A DNA stretch of 64,000 bases from Rhina ancylostomus (GCA_030265395.1 JARFYF010000046.1:5996593-6060592), one strand, 5' to 3'. Numbered from the stretch's first letter, positions 1-11,159 are shown. Notes: generated by a model not told the origin, from the sequence alone. Numbers and translations: made by a program.

Positions 1-530
1 CGTGAGGTCATAGTCCATCTCACCGTATAAGGGAACCGTTCAATAGTCTTATCACAGTGGGGTAGAGGCTGTCCTTAAGCCTGGTGGTGCGTGCCCTCAG
101 GCTACTGTAAATTCTACCTGATGGAAGAGGAGAGAAGAGAGAATGTCCCAGGTGGGTGGTGTCTTCGATTATGCTGGCTGCTACATCAAGACAACGAGAG
201 GTAAAGACAGAGTCCAAGGAGGGGAGGCTGGTGCCTGTGATGTGCTGGGCTGTGTCCGCAACTCTCTGCAGTTTCTTGAGGTCCCAGGCAGAACAGTTGC
301 CATACCAAGCCGTGATACATCCAGATGGGATGCTTTCTATGGTGCATCGGTAGAAGTTGGTGAGAGTCAAAGTGGACAAACCAAATTTCTTTAGCCTCCT
401 GAGGTAGTAGAGGCGCTGGTGAGCTTCCTTGGCTGTGGCATTTACGTGATTTGACCAAGACAGGCTGTTGATGTTCACGCCCAGGAACTTGAAGCTCTCA
501 ACCCTCTCTCCCTCAGCACCATTGATATCT
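1..530 (-). mobile_element. Rex1/Babar-like LINE 3' fragment (C-terminal part of ORF2)
   Basis: ORF 20..550: VESFKFLGV...AHQRLYYLRRLKKFGL...LTNFYRCTIES...WYGNCS; near-identical copy at 55690-56200. Confidence 0.85.
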
Positions 531-569
531 CCATTCCAACGAGCAATCATTCACTTGGCTTTTTTAAAT

Positions 570-820
570 TTAATGTACTGCATTCAGTGACCTCCTCTGG
601 AATGGAGTAACCAAACGCAGATCGGATGACTGGTTCACAGATCACCTCCCTTCAGTCGACAAGAGTGACCCTGAGCTTCCAATTCCCTGTCACTCCATCC
701 CCTCCACTTCCCATGTTCTTCCAATGAAACCTGGAATTAAGTCAAGAACCACCAGCTCATCTTCCAACTACGGAACACAACACTGAATGCAACAATTTCA
801 GATCGCCATTCTTTCCAGTT
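570..820 (+). mobile_element. Degenerate Penelope-like (GIY-YIG region) relic
   Basis: Nucleotide similarity by eye to the 48700-49080 copy (accaaacgcagat...cacctcc...cagctcatcttcc). Confidence 0.5.
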
Positions 821-1609
821 TGTATCAGAACCAGCCAGTACTGATGCAAGGTTATCAGCCTGTAACATTAATATTTCTCCCTCTCTGCAGGTAATATATG
901 AGCTTCCATTCCTTTTTTTTACTTCCAGCAACTGAAGCATTTTGAATATCACAGCCATGGTATTGTTCTTTTTTCGTACTCCTATGTTCTCATCCATTTA
1001 CTTCTTTTTACACCTCCTCCAGTCAGCTGGGATTAGGAAGCTTTCCTCTCTCTCTCTCTCTCTCAGCCAGCACCACCACGAGTCACTCAGTTTCTCTCAG
1101 TCTCTACGCTCTCAGACATTCTGGGTGCCCTCCACCTCTATACAACAAAGAACGTGTTCAACTTCTAACTTTCCCTTCTCCTGTTGAGAGGTCATCCCTG
1201 CTGTTTCACTCTCACAGATGCTGCCTGACCTGCTGAATATCTCTAGCACACTGTGTTTTTGTTTCAGCTTCTCAGGATCTGCAGTTAGCTGCTTTTCCAT
1301 TCCAATACCAGCCATTTTAAAAATGATGAAAGACATAGCGTTTCCGTTATCAGATCAAGCCAGAGGGCTAATACAGGGGGCCAATGCACCTGGTAGGTTC
1401 CACCCACCTCACCCATGAAAGAAAGTGAAAGCTGGCTTGAGGTTGAGAAGAAACACTTCTGGAAATGTTGACATTTTGGAACTTAGCAAGGAGGAAGATG
1501 ATGGCAGACTATGGATGTCAGAAGCTTGAGATAAATGGGATAATTGCTTTATTTTGCATCTAATCACTACGATACCTGTGCCAGTATTTGATAAGTCCCT
1601 GAGGTACGT

Positions 1610-2243
1610 GATAGACTGTGCTCAGTTCCGGTCACCTCACTACAGGAAGGATGTGGAAGCCATAGAAAGCGTGGAGAAGAGAATTACAAGGGTGCTGCCT
1701 GGATTGGGGAGCCTGCCTTATGAAACCAGGTTGAGTGAACTCGGCCTTTTCTCCCTGGAGCAACCAAGGATGAGAGGTGACCTGATAGAGGTGTATAAGA
1801 TAAGTTGTACAAAAGGCATTTATCGTGTGGATAGTCAGAGNNNNNNNNNNNNNNNNNNNNNNNNNNNNNNNNNNNNNNNNNNNNNNNNNNNNNNNNNNNN
1901 NNNNNNNNNNNNNNNNNNNNNNNNNNNNNNNNNNNNNNNNTCCCCAGGGCTGAAATGGTTGCCACAAGAGGACACAGGTTTAAGGTGCTGGGGAGTAGGT
2001 ACAGAGGAGATGTCAGGCGTAAGGTTTTTACTCAGAGAGTGGTGAGTGCGTGGAATGGGCTGCCGACAACGGTGGCCGAGACAGATACGATGGGTTCACT
2101 TAGGAGACTTTTGGATAGGTATATGGAGCTGAGAAAAATAGAAGGCTGTGGGTAAGCCTAGTAATTTCTAAGACAGGGACATGCTCAGCACAACTTTGGG
2201 CCAAAGGGCCTGTATTGTGCTGTAGGTTTTCTCTGTTTCTATG
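1610..2243 (+). mobile_element. CR1/HER1-like LINE 3' fragment (gap inside)
   Basis: SPHYRKDVEAIESV...RLSELGLFSLE...RGDLIEVYK; FTQRVVSAWNGLP; tail gggcc-aagggcctgt-tgtgctgt. Confidence 0.85.
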
Positions 2244-2560
2244 TACATATAGAGCATTCTATCCCTTCCTGAAGATTATTAGGACACACATGAAAACGAT
2301 ATACTGGACCGTAAATCTGGGAATCCTGTGCATCTACCTACAGTTGGTAGATTGCACTTCAAAGTAAACTATATTTGGTTCTTGGTTTGACAAGATGAGG
2401 AACTGAAAATCACATCTGCTGGTGCATCGGAAAGCCAACTCCAAAACTGAGCAATTGCTGCCCTCTGGTGGATGAAGTGTCACAGTCTCTTAGTCCTATC
2501 AGTCAGAACCACATTTAGTGTTTTGCTCACAGATAACACCCAGAAGAGACTCCGAACACT

Positions 2561-2562
<2 letters not shown>

Positions 2563-2590
<28 letters not shown>
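2563..2590 (+). repeat. (GA)n microsatellite
   Basis: Direct reading, about 14 units. Confidence 0.95.
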
Positions 2591-2593
<3 letters not shown>

Positions 2594-3129
2594 CAACTTC
2601 TGTGGTTGTTTTGCTTAAGTGGGTATGTGCAATTCAGCCATGGTGTTGCAATATTTGAAATGCACTATGTCGTGCATAAAAATTGGAATATACAGATCGT
2701 TCCAGAGGCAAAGGAATGAGGGGATGGGCCAGTTAACCCTTTACCCCATTCCACCAAGCCCTCATCAGAACTGGGAAGGATCAAGGTCTCCGACCTGAAA
2801 TGTTAATTCTCTTTCTCTTTCCACCCATGCAACCGGACTTGCTGAGTTTTTCCTGTGGTCTGTTTTATTTTAGGTTTTCAGCAGCTGCAGGATTTTTATT
2901 TGATTNNNNNNNNNNNNNNNNNNNNNNNNNNNNNNNNNNNNNNNNNNNNNNNNNNNNNNNNNNNNNNNNNNNNNNNNNNNNNNNNNNNNNNNNNNNNNNN
3001 NNNNNATATTCCAGATGACATAGAAAGATAGGCTGAATGGCCTCGAGTACACACCAGCTCTCAGGCCATTCTTATCCCCCGCCCCCTAATTTTCCCTGTT
3101 ACCTGCGCTCCCCACGTTCTCAGCAACTC

Positions 3130-3320
3130 GCCCCAGAGTCAATTTACAGCAGCCAATTAAACTATCAACCCACATGTCCTTGGGATGTGGGAGGAAATTG
3201 GAGAACTGTCATCACAGGGAGAACACGCAAACTCCACACAGGGAGCGCCCGAGGTCAGGATTGAACCGGGTTCGCCGGTGCTGGGAACAGCAGGTCTGTT
3301 ATCTGCTGCACTCTGCTGCC
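3130..3320 (-). mobile_element. V-SINE (tRNA-derived) relic
   Basis: tgggatgtgggaggaaa...aaactccacaca...caggattgaacc (reverse of B-box GGTTCAATCC plus V domain). Confidence 0.7.
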
Positions 3321-5149
3321 CTCATCTGACAGGAATCTGGTAAGACAGATCAGACCTTGTCATGCAAGTCGGTCTCAGGCAGTCGATCCCAAGGCACCAC
3401 CTTCAGACAGGCCTCCAGCTGCTAAAACACATGAAAGGCATTTTAATCCCTTTTAAAGATAGCTGATGGAGACATCTAAAACAATTCAAATAGATTTCAA
3501 TTACTTTTTTTATATAATTTAAACAATACATTAAAACACCAACAAATTAAAAATTGGTGAAGTAAAGCTGGGACCTTTCCCACCAAGTCAGGCACTTCAT
3601 GCATGTAAATGGGATCACTGTTCCCATGCCAGACCTTCCTAGTGTAAAGCTCGAAGGCAGAATGGGAAGTGTGTCTGGACCCAGTCTTCTGTGCATCCTC
3701 CTTCTGTCTCTGGACTCTCATATACCAGCATCAGACAATCAGAACCTTTGGAGCTACCAGATATCAACCATAATATTTTCCGACCAATTTCACAATCCCC
3801 TTAACATACAGTTATCTATTGATCCAAACGTGGCTCATTTTTGACAAATGAGGGTGCAGGGACTGAGATATTTGATTTGTGTAAATATTATAACCTCAGA
3901 GACCCTTTATTCAAAGTAGGCAGAAGACAATGGATATTTCACCTGTATATAATCGCACTTTATCCCAAATTAAGCCTATGAAGGAAATTCAAATTAGAAA
4001 TACGTCACTTTGAATGTGTTGCTAATTTTGGATGTCCATTTACCACATAGGCTGACAGCCCAGTGCAGTACAGACAGCAGGCCCCATGAGCAGAAGTGCT
4101 GACTGTTGGATGGGACATTCAACCAGCGCTCATCTATGTTCTCAGACCTAATTATGTGGAGAAAAACAGGGGAAGTTATTCCTGGTGTCAGGAGCAATTT
4201 TACCCGAAACAAACCAGGCTGCAAAAAAAAAGCAAACTGCTGGAGGAACTCAGCAGGTGGAGCAGCACCTGTGAATGTGAGGGTACAGTCCACATTTCAG
4301 GTCGAAACCCTGCATCAGTACTTGATGGGTCTCAACCTAAAAGGTCAATGATTCTTCACCTCCAGAAATGCTGCTCAGCCAGCACCAGAATCCCAAGGGT
4401 GCCAAGTTAACAGAGTTTTACATACAAACTTTTCAATTTCAGAGAGCAACTCACTGAGTCAATAAGGAATTCAATAACACAGAGGGTGGAGAAGGAACAC
4501 AGAACAGTACGGCACAGGAACAGCCCTCAATGTTTGTGCATACCACGACGTCAAATTAAACTAATCCCACCTTCCTGCACACCGATTTGGTAAGGGAAAC
4601 AGCAGAGAAGCATCGGAGGAAGAACAAAATGAAGGGGACAATTTTGATTGGGTGGGGCATGGTGACAGGAGGCTCTCGTGGTGCACAAACACCAGTGTGG
4701 ACTGGGCTGGGCCAAATAATTTGCTTCTTTACTCAAATGCTACATTAGAGTCTCACTTAGAGTGTAAATGTTCAGAATTAGCATGCCATTCTTTTAATAT
4801 CATTCTATTTTTAAAAAATATATATTCATTCAAGGGACGTGGGCTTCGCAGGCTGAGTCAGCATTTAATTACCCAACCCTAGGTGCCCCGTGAAGGTGGG
4901 TGTGTCCACAGTGCTGTTGGGGAGAGAGCTCCAGGATGTTGACCTAGGAACAGTGATACATCCTTGCACGTACCTGGAACCTTGCGCGTTCTAAAGTGAG
5001 GGGGAGGAGGTTTAAAGGGGATCTGAGGGGTGAACTGTTCANNNNNNNNNNNNNNNNNNNNNNNNNNNNNNNNNNNNNNNNNNNNNNNNNNNNNNNNNNN
5101 NNNNNNNNNNNNNNNNNNNNNNNNNNNNNNNNNNNNNNNNNATCTAGTT

Positions 5150-5280
5150 TTCATTTCATTACTCTTTGTGGGATCTTGCTGTGCCTAAGTTACATGACAT
5201 CCCCTGCCTTCAACATCGACGAGTTTTGGGAGTACTTCATTGGTTGTAAAGAACTGAGGGAGTGTCATATAAATGTTCTT
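5150..5280 (+). mobile_element. Deu-domain SINE relic (SacSINE1/AmnSINE1-like); related relics near 31160-31480, 49660-49950 and 55080-55470
   Basis: tttgtgggatcttgctgtgc...agtacttcattggttgtaaag resembles the Deu core as recalled. Confidence 0.55.
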
Positions 5281-5834
5281 GTTCCCCCATTCAACACACT
5301 GACCTGACGTATATCACCTGGTTCAGTACAGGTTTCAGAGTTCAGAGTGATGTGCTAGGCCCAACTGCTCGGGTGTTGGTGTTTCACCTCCATCACCTAT
5401 TTCTCTATTGCTACATCCAATTCTGTACTGAATGATCCGTCACACCCTGCAACATGCAGTAATCACTGAAGGGTCCTCCACAGGAACAGCCCAAGTGTTT
5501 CCCCACCCCAGTCTCGGGCTGCTGAGGCCAACTAAAATGCTCAGGTCAGTGCCCATGTGTGTGCGCGTCCTTGTTGGCATCAAGTTGTCAAGGACTCACT
5601 TCATTCAGACATTTCAGGAGTACACAGGGTGACTCAGACAAAACCTCCGGCCTTGACACACAGCACCAGTAGGGGTGCACCTGCACTGTATTTGGAAAAC
5701 CAATAATGCTTCTTTATTCAAAGGCATCAGTGCCCAATTTACACTAATTCTAGACCAATTCCTCATCACGAGATTGAACCACGAAGTGAAGAAAGAAATG
5801 AGAGTAGAGCCCATGGCTGGTGACCACATTAACC

Positions 5835-6650
5835 TGCCGTACGTGAAAGGGGAGACAGTTAATGGCAGAACTCTTAACAGCATTGAACCCCAAGATCCCT
5901 CTGCACATCAAGTCCATAGCTCATTGAAAGTAGCCACACAAATAGATAGGATGGCAAAGGGGGCACAGAGCATGCTTTCATTCATTGGTCAGGGCACCGA
6001 GTACAAGAGTAGGGAACTTATGTTGCAGCTGCATAAAACTTTGGTTAGGCTGCACTTGGAGTGATGTGTGCAGGTCTGGTCGCCCCAATACGAAAGGATG
6101 TGGAGGCTTTGGTAAGGTGCAGAAGAGCTTTACCAACATGCTGCCTGGATTAGAGGGTCTGTGCTAATAAGAAGTTGGAAAGACTTGGATTGTTTGCTCT
6201 GGAGCATTGTAAGCTGAGGGGAGACCCGATAGCTGTTTATAATATAATGAGATAGGGTAAACAATCAGAATCTTGTCAAATACTGGAGGACATGCCTTTC
6301 CAGCGAGGGGGGAGGTTTAAAGGAGATGAACAGGGCAACTTTTTTGTTTNNNNNNNNNNNNNNNNNNNNNNNNNNNNNNNNNNNNNNNNNNNNNNNNNNN
6401 NNNNNNNNNNNNNNNNNNNNNNNNNNNNNNNNNNNNNNNNNNNNNNNNNGACAGTGGTAGTGCCTGGAACGGGCTGCCATGGGTAGTGGGAGCAGCAGAT
6501 ACAGTAGTGTCGATTAAGAGGTGTTTAGATATACACATGAATATGCAGGGAATGGAGGAATACAGATCATGTACAAGCAGGGGAGATTTAGTTTAATTTG
6601 GCGTCGTATTTGGCACAGACATCATGGGCCAATAGGCCTGTCCCAGGTTC
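5835..6650 (+). mobile_element. CR1/HER1-like LINE 3' fragment
   Basis: VHSSLKVATQIDR...EYKSRELMLQLHKTLVRLHLE; frameshifts and stops; CR1-type tail at about 6620-6645. Confidence 0.82.
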
Positions 6651-7180
6651 TAAGTGCACGGCAGTTTAGCTTTTCTTTGGACTTTCCAGAGCAAAGAAAG
6701 GTGGTCAGAATACCACACTGATCACCAGGGTCACAGCCCCCACATCAGCGCAGTGGGAAGCCAAAAGAGCAGCCTTCAGGCCTTGGGTGATTTCAAACGT
6801 GGGCTGCAGCAGGCCAATTATTGCAAACTGAAGGGCAATCTTGAGTATCCCGGCCTCCATGCAACCGCCGCACTGTGAAACGTGTCAGCTTTCAACATCT
6901 TCCCACCCAGTCGGTGCAATCCGCTCCCTCCGTCCAAACCCAGGATTCAGCAGCTTGCTGCAGCCAGCCACACCTCTCTGCCAGAAAGGTGCATTCTCGG
7001 TGCCTGGCGGGCGACGCTTGACCTGCAAATCAAAGTGGCTTCATATCCAGGAGGGAGAAACAGTGATGCAATATTCTATCNNNNNNNNNNNNNNNNNNNN
7101 NNNNNNNNNNNNNNNNNNNNNNNNNNNNNNNNNNNNNNNNNNNNNNNNNNNNNNNNNNNNNNNNNNNNNNNNNNNNNNNN

Positions 7181-7186
7181 TTTATT
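7181..7186 (-). promoter_or_regulatory. Polyadenylation signal AATAAA (HIRA)
   Basis: tttatt on + strand; preceded on the - strand by T-rich sequence; the cleavage site would lie in gap 7081-7180. Confidence 0.65.
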
Positions 7187-7934
7187 TTATAAAAAAGACG
7201 AAAAATTTGCCTGTATAAAGTTAAAAGGTACCAAAGGGCGAATTAGGTTTCTGTACATCTCTGCCATGCCCACGGTGGCTCATTAGAATTCATTTCTCCC
7301 CATTCACACATCTAACAAGGACATACATTAAACAAGTGTGTAATTTAGTACATCAGGCAAACAGAAAACTACACCATGAAAAGTCTGAACTCAGGAGTTC
7401 GTCCTCTAACCAAAGGTTCGAAGACTGACAGCTTTCGACAGAGTTGTCCTTCCCTCTCCAAGGCAAGGAACAGGCAGTAAACTTCTGAGTGTTGTACAGC
7501 ATTGGACTTGGTAGTTTATAAAACGAGCAAGGACTGCAAAGTCACTATCTGGCAAGTAGGGAGGCCAGTGCTCGTCACACGATGGCTGGAGACGTTAACC
7601 TCAGTCGCTTGCAACCATTGTCTGGATGTAGTAGTGGCTCCCTGCTCACCGATGTCCCGCAGTACAGTCGCAAATCGTCTCTCCCGTGCACTGCATGGCC
7701 GCTTATTGTGAAGTGATGCATTAAGACCAGCACTGTCAGTCGCGCTGTTTCTGTGAGCATGTCGTCCACTGCAGTGGGCCAGCCTGGTGTAAGCTGAATG
7801 CGGACTCTTCTCCCAGATTGAAACCCAAGCCTTCCAAAGTCCATCTCTCCCAGGTGGGGTCACCGGCCGGCCTCAGCAAATCTCCCAGAGAGCGTTCACG
7901 GTCAGATCCTCGTCAAACACCTACTTGGGCAGTG
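7181..7934 (-). other. HIRA: Probable HIRA 3' UTR (about 750 nt visible)
   Basis: Non-repetitive sequence from the stop codon to an AATAAA hexamer just before an N-gap. Confidence 0.7.
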
Positions 7935-8051
7935 CTACTTGTCCCTCAGGAGATCCAGCTGGTCCTGATACTCTGTGAAGAGTCTCTGGAATCGGAGGTT
8001 CTGGCCAATCACCGGAAGCATCTCCTTCAGTAGCTCCCTCTTCCGAAGACC
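7935..8051 (-). CDS. HIRA: HIRA last coding exon (approx. exon 25): GLRKRELLKEMLPVIGQNLRFQRLFTEYQDQLDLLRDK*
   Basis: 117 bp of coding sequence; TTTGCCAG acceptor; TAG stop at 7935-7937; conserved HIRA C-terminus. Confidence 0.97.
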   Translation of the reverse strand, partial: GLRKRELLKEMLPVIGQNLRFQRLFTEYQDQLDLLRDK

Positions 8052-8419
8052 CTGGCAAAGGAATGAGGAGGTTTAATAACTTACAGCATCAGAGAATTTT
8101 GCATAAGGAGAGAAAAGTTATGAGACAATTTGAGGAAAAGGTTCCACATACTAAGCTTGCACGTGCTGGAATTTAGTAGATTTAGGGATGAAGTTTTTAG
8201 ATTTTCAAGCACTAACATTCTCAGTCACACCAGCGTAGCCATATGTGGCACTCATTCCTGATTCAGTCCCTCATTGCAGGCTACAGAACCCAATCTCTCA
8301 CTCTAATGGAGCAGCAAATCTGATCAGCCAGATTCTCAAATAGCATCAAGTCCTTCCCCCTCCCTAAATAACTAGGGACCTTACAGCCACAAGGTCACTG
8401 GGCAAGGTAAGAAGCCCTT

Positions 8420-8675
8420 TGGTCAAGCACCCATTTACACTAATTCCATTTAGTTCTCCTCAAACTCCCATCCATTCCTCCCAGATTCTCTCTCACACCA
8501 GGAGCAACTTATAGTAACAGATTAACCTATGAACCTACACGTCTTTGGGATGTGGGAAGAAAGTGGAGCACCTGGAGGAAACCCAGGTGAATGGGAGAAC
8601 CTGCAAGCTCCACACAGACAGCAGCAGAGGTCAGGATTGCACCCGTGAACCTAGCTCTACCCACTGTGCCACCAG
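8420..8675 (-). mobile_element. V-SINE relic
   Basis: tctttgggatgtgggaagaaagtggagcacctggaggaaaccca (V domain, reverse) plus head remnant. Confidence 0.72.
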
Positions 8676-9817
8676 GGTAAATTTTGTATCATGGCACATA
8701 CTTGTACATGACAAATAGTGCGCAAGCAAATATGGATAAATGGAACAACTTAATTTATTCTGTTTTTATAGTGAAATTATTGCATTTCCCTGAGAGGATG
8801 AATTATACTATGTATTTACAGGTATGTGCCAACTGCTTATCAATATACAACAGAGCCTTAGTAAGAAAATGTACACATTAATAAGCTCAAGCTTCCAGAG
8901 GGAAAGGGTAAAGTAGGATTCTTTCCTCCTCTTCTCCTCTGCTACAGACAGCATCATGTCTGGACCACAGTTCCACGCCCATGATTAGAAACGCACAGGG
9001 AAATGCGAGACATTCCAGTCTGGACCTCAATGTCCACACACTTGTCCAGCAGGGTTGCTGAGACCAACGGTTTTGTTCTTCTTTTCCTCAACAAGTTAAC
9101 TTGTAACAGAACATAATCCTTCTGCAATCAGCTAACTCCGTACAAGCTTGAGGCTTTTCTGATCGGTACAGTTTAGCAGCAAGTGTGCATTTTCTAACTA
9201 AACAAGACCTGATGAAATCCATGAGAGTACACAGAAGCACTCTTTAAGGTATGTGGATTAGAGAGAAGAATACTGCTTGGAAGGTATTGGTCATAGTCTG
9301 GTCACAATAGGGATGAGCTGCAGCCATATTAGATGGACTACAGCCATATTCCAGTATAAAGGGCCAGAACCCGTTACTGGACCCGTCACCCATGGTCCCT
9401 GCACACATGCACTTAACTGGGCCGAATGCAGCAGGCCGATCTCACGTGCCCTCTGCATCTTCAGGTAAGGCAGTGAGGCCTGAGTGGCTGCTGGGCCTCA
9501 TGTGGGAGGATGCAAGGGACCAGCCCCCTGGAGTTCACTGACAGACTTTGTCAGAGGGCGAAGCTCCCCATAGAGCCCTGAGTCACTGTCACTCAGTAAG
9601 TCACTGATTTTGCTTGATGTCCCGATTAAAACACCTGAGCATCGACTGTTCCCTTCATGACCACAGATCCCAGGCAGCAATATTTACCCCAGTGTTGTTA
9701 TTCTGCATTGATAATATGTGCTTGAAGGATTAACTGTATTTTCTCGAAGCCGGGGTCTTTAACACATTTTCATATACGTTTTTATTCAGTCTGTTCTTTT
9801 AAAAAAAAGCTGCCTAC

Positions 9818-9906
9818 CAAAACAGTCGATTCCCACTGGCTACTGGAAGAGTTGTGAACCGGGCCGAGCAAATCTTTGCAGAGTTCTCTTAAGCGCGGCT
9901 CAAATC
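9818..9906 (-). CDS. HIRA: HIRA coding exon (approx. exon 24): GFEPRLRELCKDLLGPVHNSSSSQWESTVL
   Basis: 89 bp; TTGCAG acceptor, GTAGGC donor; RLRE.CKDLLGPVH motif. Confidence 0.96.
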
Positions 9907-9949
9907 CTGCAATGAGAAGCAACAGTCAGTGGAGTGTGTGCATGCAAGG

Positions 9950-10218
9950 TAAATAAATAAGATATCGTTATTAGTCACATGTACATCAAAACACACAGTG
10001 AAGTGCATCTTTTGCATAGAGTGCTCTGGGGGGCAGCCCACAAGTGTCAACATAGCACGCCCACAACTTCCTAACCCGTACATCTTTGGAATGTGGGAGG
10101 AAACCCACACAGACACGGGAGAACATACAAACTCCTTACAGACAGCGGCCGGAATTGAACCCAGGTCGCTGGCGCCATAATAGCGTTACGCTAACTGCTA
10201 CACTACCGTGCCTGCCCC
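9950..10218 (-). mobile_element. tRNA-derived V-SINE filling most of the 380-bp HIRA intron 9907-10286
   Basis: On - strand: GGCACGGTAGTGTAGCAGTTAGCG (A-box), GGTTCAATTCC (B-box), V domain, Rex-like 3' tail. Confidence 0.85.
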
Positions 10219-10286
10219 CTACACTACGTTGCCTACAGTGCACATGCTTCAAATCACTAAATCAACACGACAAGCAGCTCGCCCAC

Positions 10287-10450
10287 CTTCATTTACTAAA
10301 TAGCGGGTGTAGATGAGAAGCCAGTGACGATATTCCTGGCTGGATTTTAGCGTCATCGCAGCTGCAACCTGATTCTCCAGGTAAGCCAGTGTGGTCCCTC
10401 GCTGTAAAACGTGGGGCATCGAGGAGAGCCTGGCAGCCTGGCGTCCAGCG
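10287..10450 (-). CDS. HIRA: HIRA coding exon (approx. exon 23): AGRQAARLSSMPHVLQRGTTLAYLENQVAAAMTLKSSQEYRHWLLIYTRYLVNE
   Basis: 164 bp; CTTCCAG acceptor, GTGGGC donor; TTLAYLENQVAAA motif; within ORF 10249..10461. Confidence 0.97.
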
Positions 10451-11159
10451 CTGGAAGACACAGATTAAGCAGCACGTTAGCAATGAAAACACAGCACAGC
10501 AATACAACAAACTGCAGCCAATGCAGCAAACTCTTTCACATAAAATTACAGACTTAACTGCATAAAAACAGAAGATTCAATTCAACCCGTCTGTCGGTAT
10601 TTACAAAAGCCTCCTCCACCCTACCCCATTAGCACGTTTTATATTTTTCATTCCAGAACATACGTAGATTCTCCATAATGCACCCATGTTATTTGCCCCA
10701 ATGATTCCATGTGCTAGTAAGCTTCATATTCCCATCATCCTCCAGATAAAGTGTTTGGGGCAGGGCACCGTGTGCACTGGGCTCTCCCGCCATAACCAGC
10801 AAGAACAGACCAAAAGCACTCAATGCAAAATTTCATCAAGAAAAAAACTGAGCTAGGATACAGCAAAACAAAATCTCTGCACCACCTACACAATGTGCTT
10901 TTGTATACTTAACTTGCTGAGGTGCCAGCTCCCCATGCAAGCCAGTTAAATTTGGATTTGGGTCAGTCATATAGATCAAACTGAGAAACATTTCAATCAA
11001 TAGACTGAACTATGAGGAATAAAATTAGTCAACCTTGCAGAAAACATGTTGTGGGAGAGTTTCCAGATCAACAACCTATGAAAATTTAATGTCTAATTCA
11101 AACCATGAAGATTGTCCTTTTATCCCACCAATGGACAGATTAGCAACACTGTTACTTAC

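Noticed and set aside
20-550. 176-aa ORF as a host gene
   Set aside because: It is the C-terminal fragment of a LINE ORF2 with a near-identical copy at 55.7-56.2 kb and no catalytic RT core.
875-935. Plus-strand acceptor ctctctgcag followed by VIYELPFL, reminiscent of DAGLB
   Set aside because: Similarity ends after 8 residues, a stop follows within 7 codons, and no other matching exons were found.
7516-7863. 115-aa ORF in the HIRA 3' UTR or stop-codon readthrough
   Set aside because: No recognisable motif, and the stop context TAG-CAC is not a known strong readthrough signal.
10140-10218. tRNA gene (A/B boxes), also near 33200-33283 and 43013-43080
   Set aside because: These are SINE heads continuing into V domain and LINE tail; no full cloverleaf is evident.
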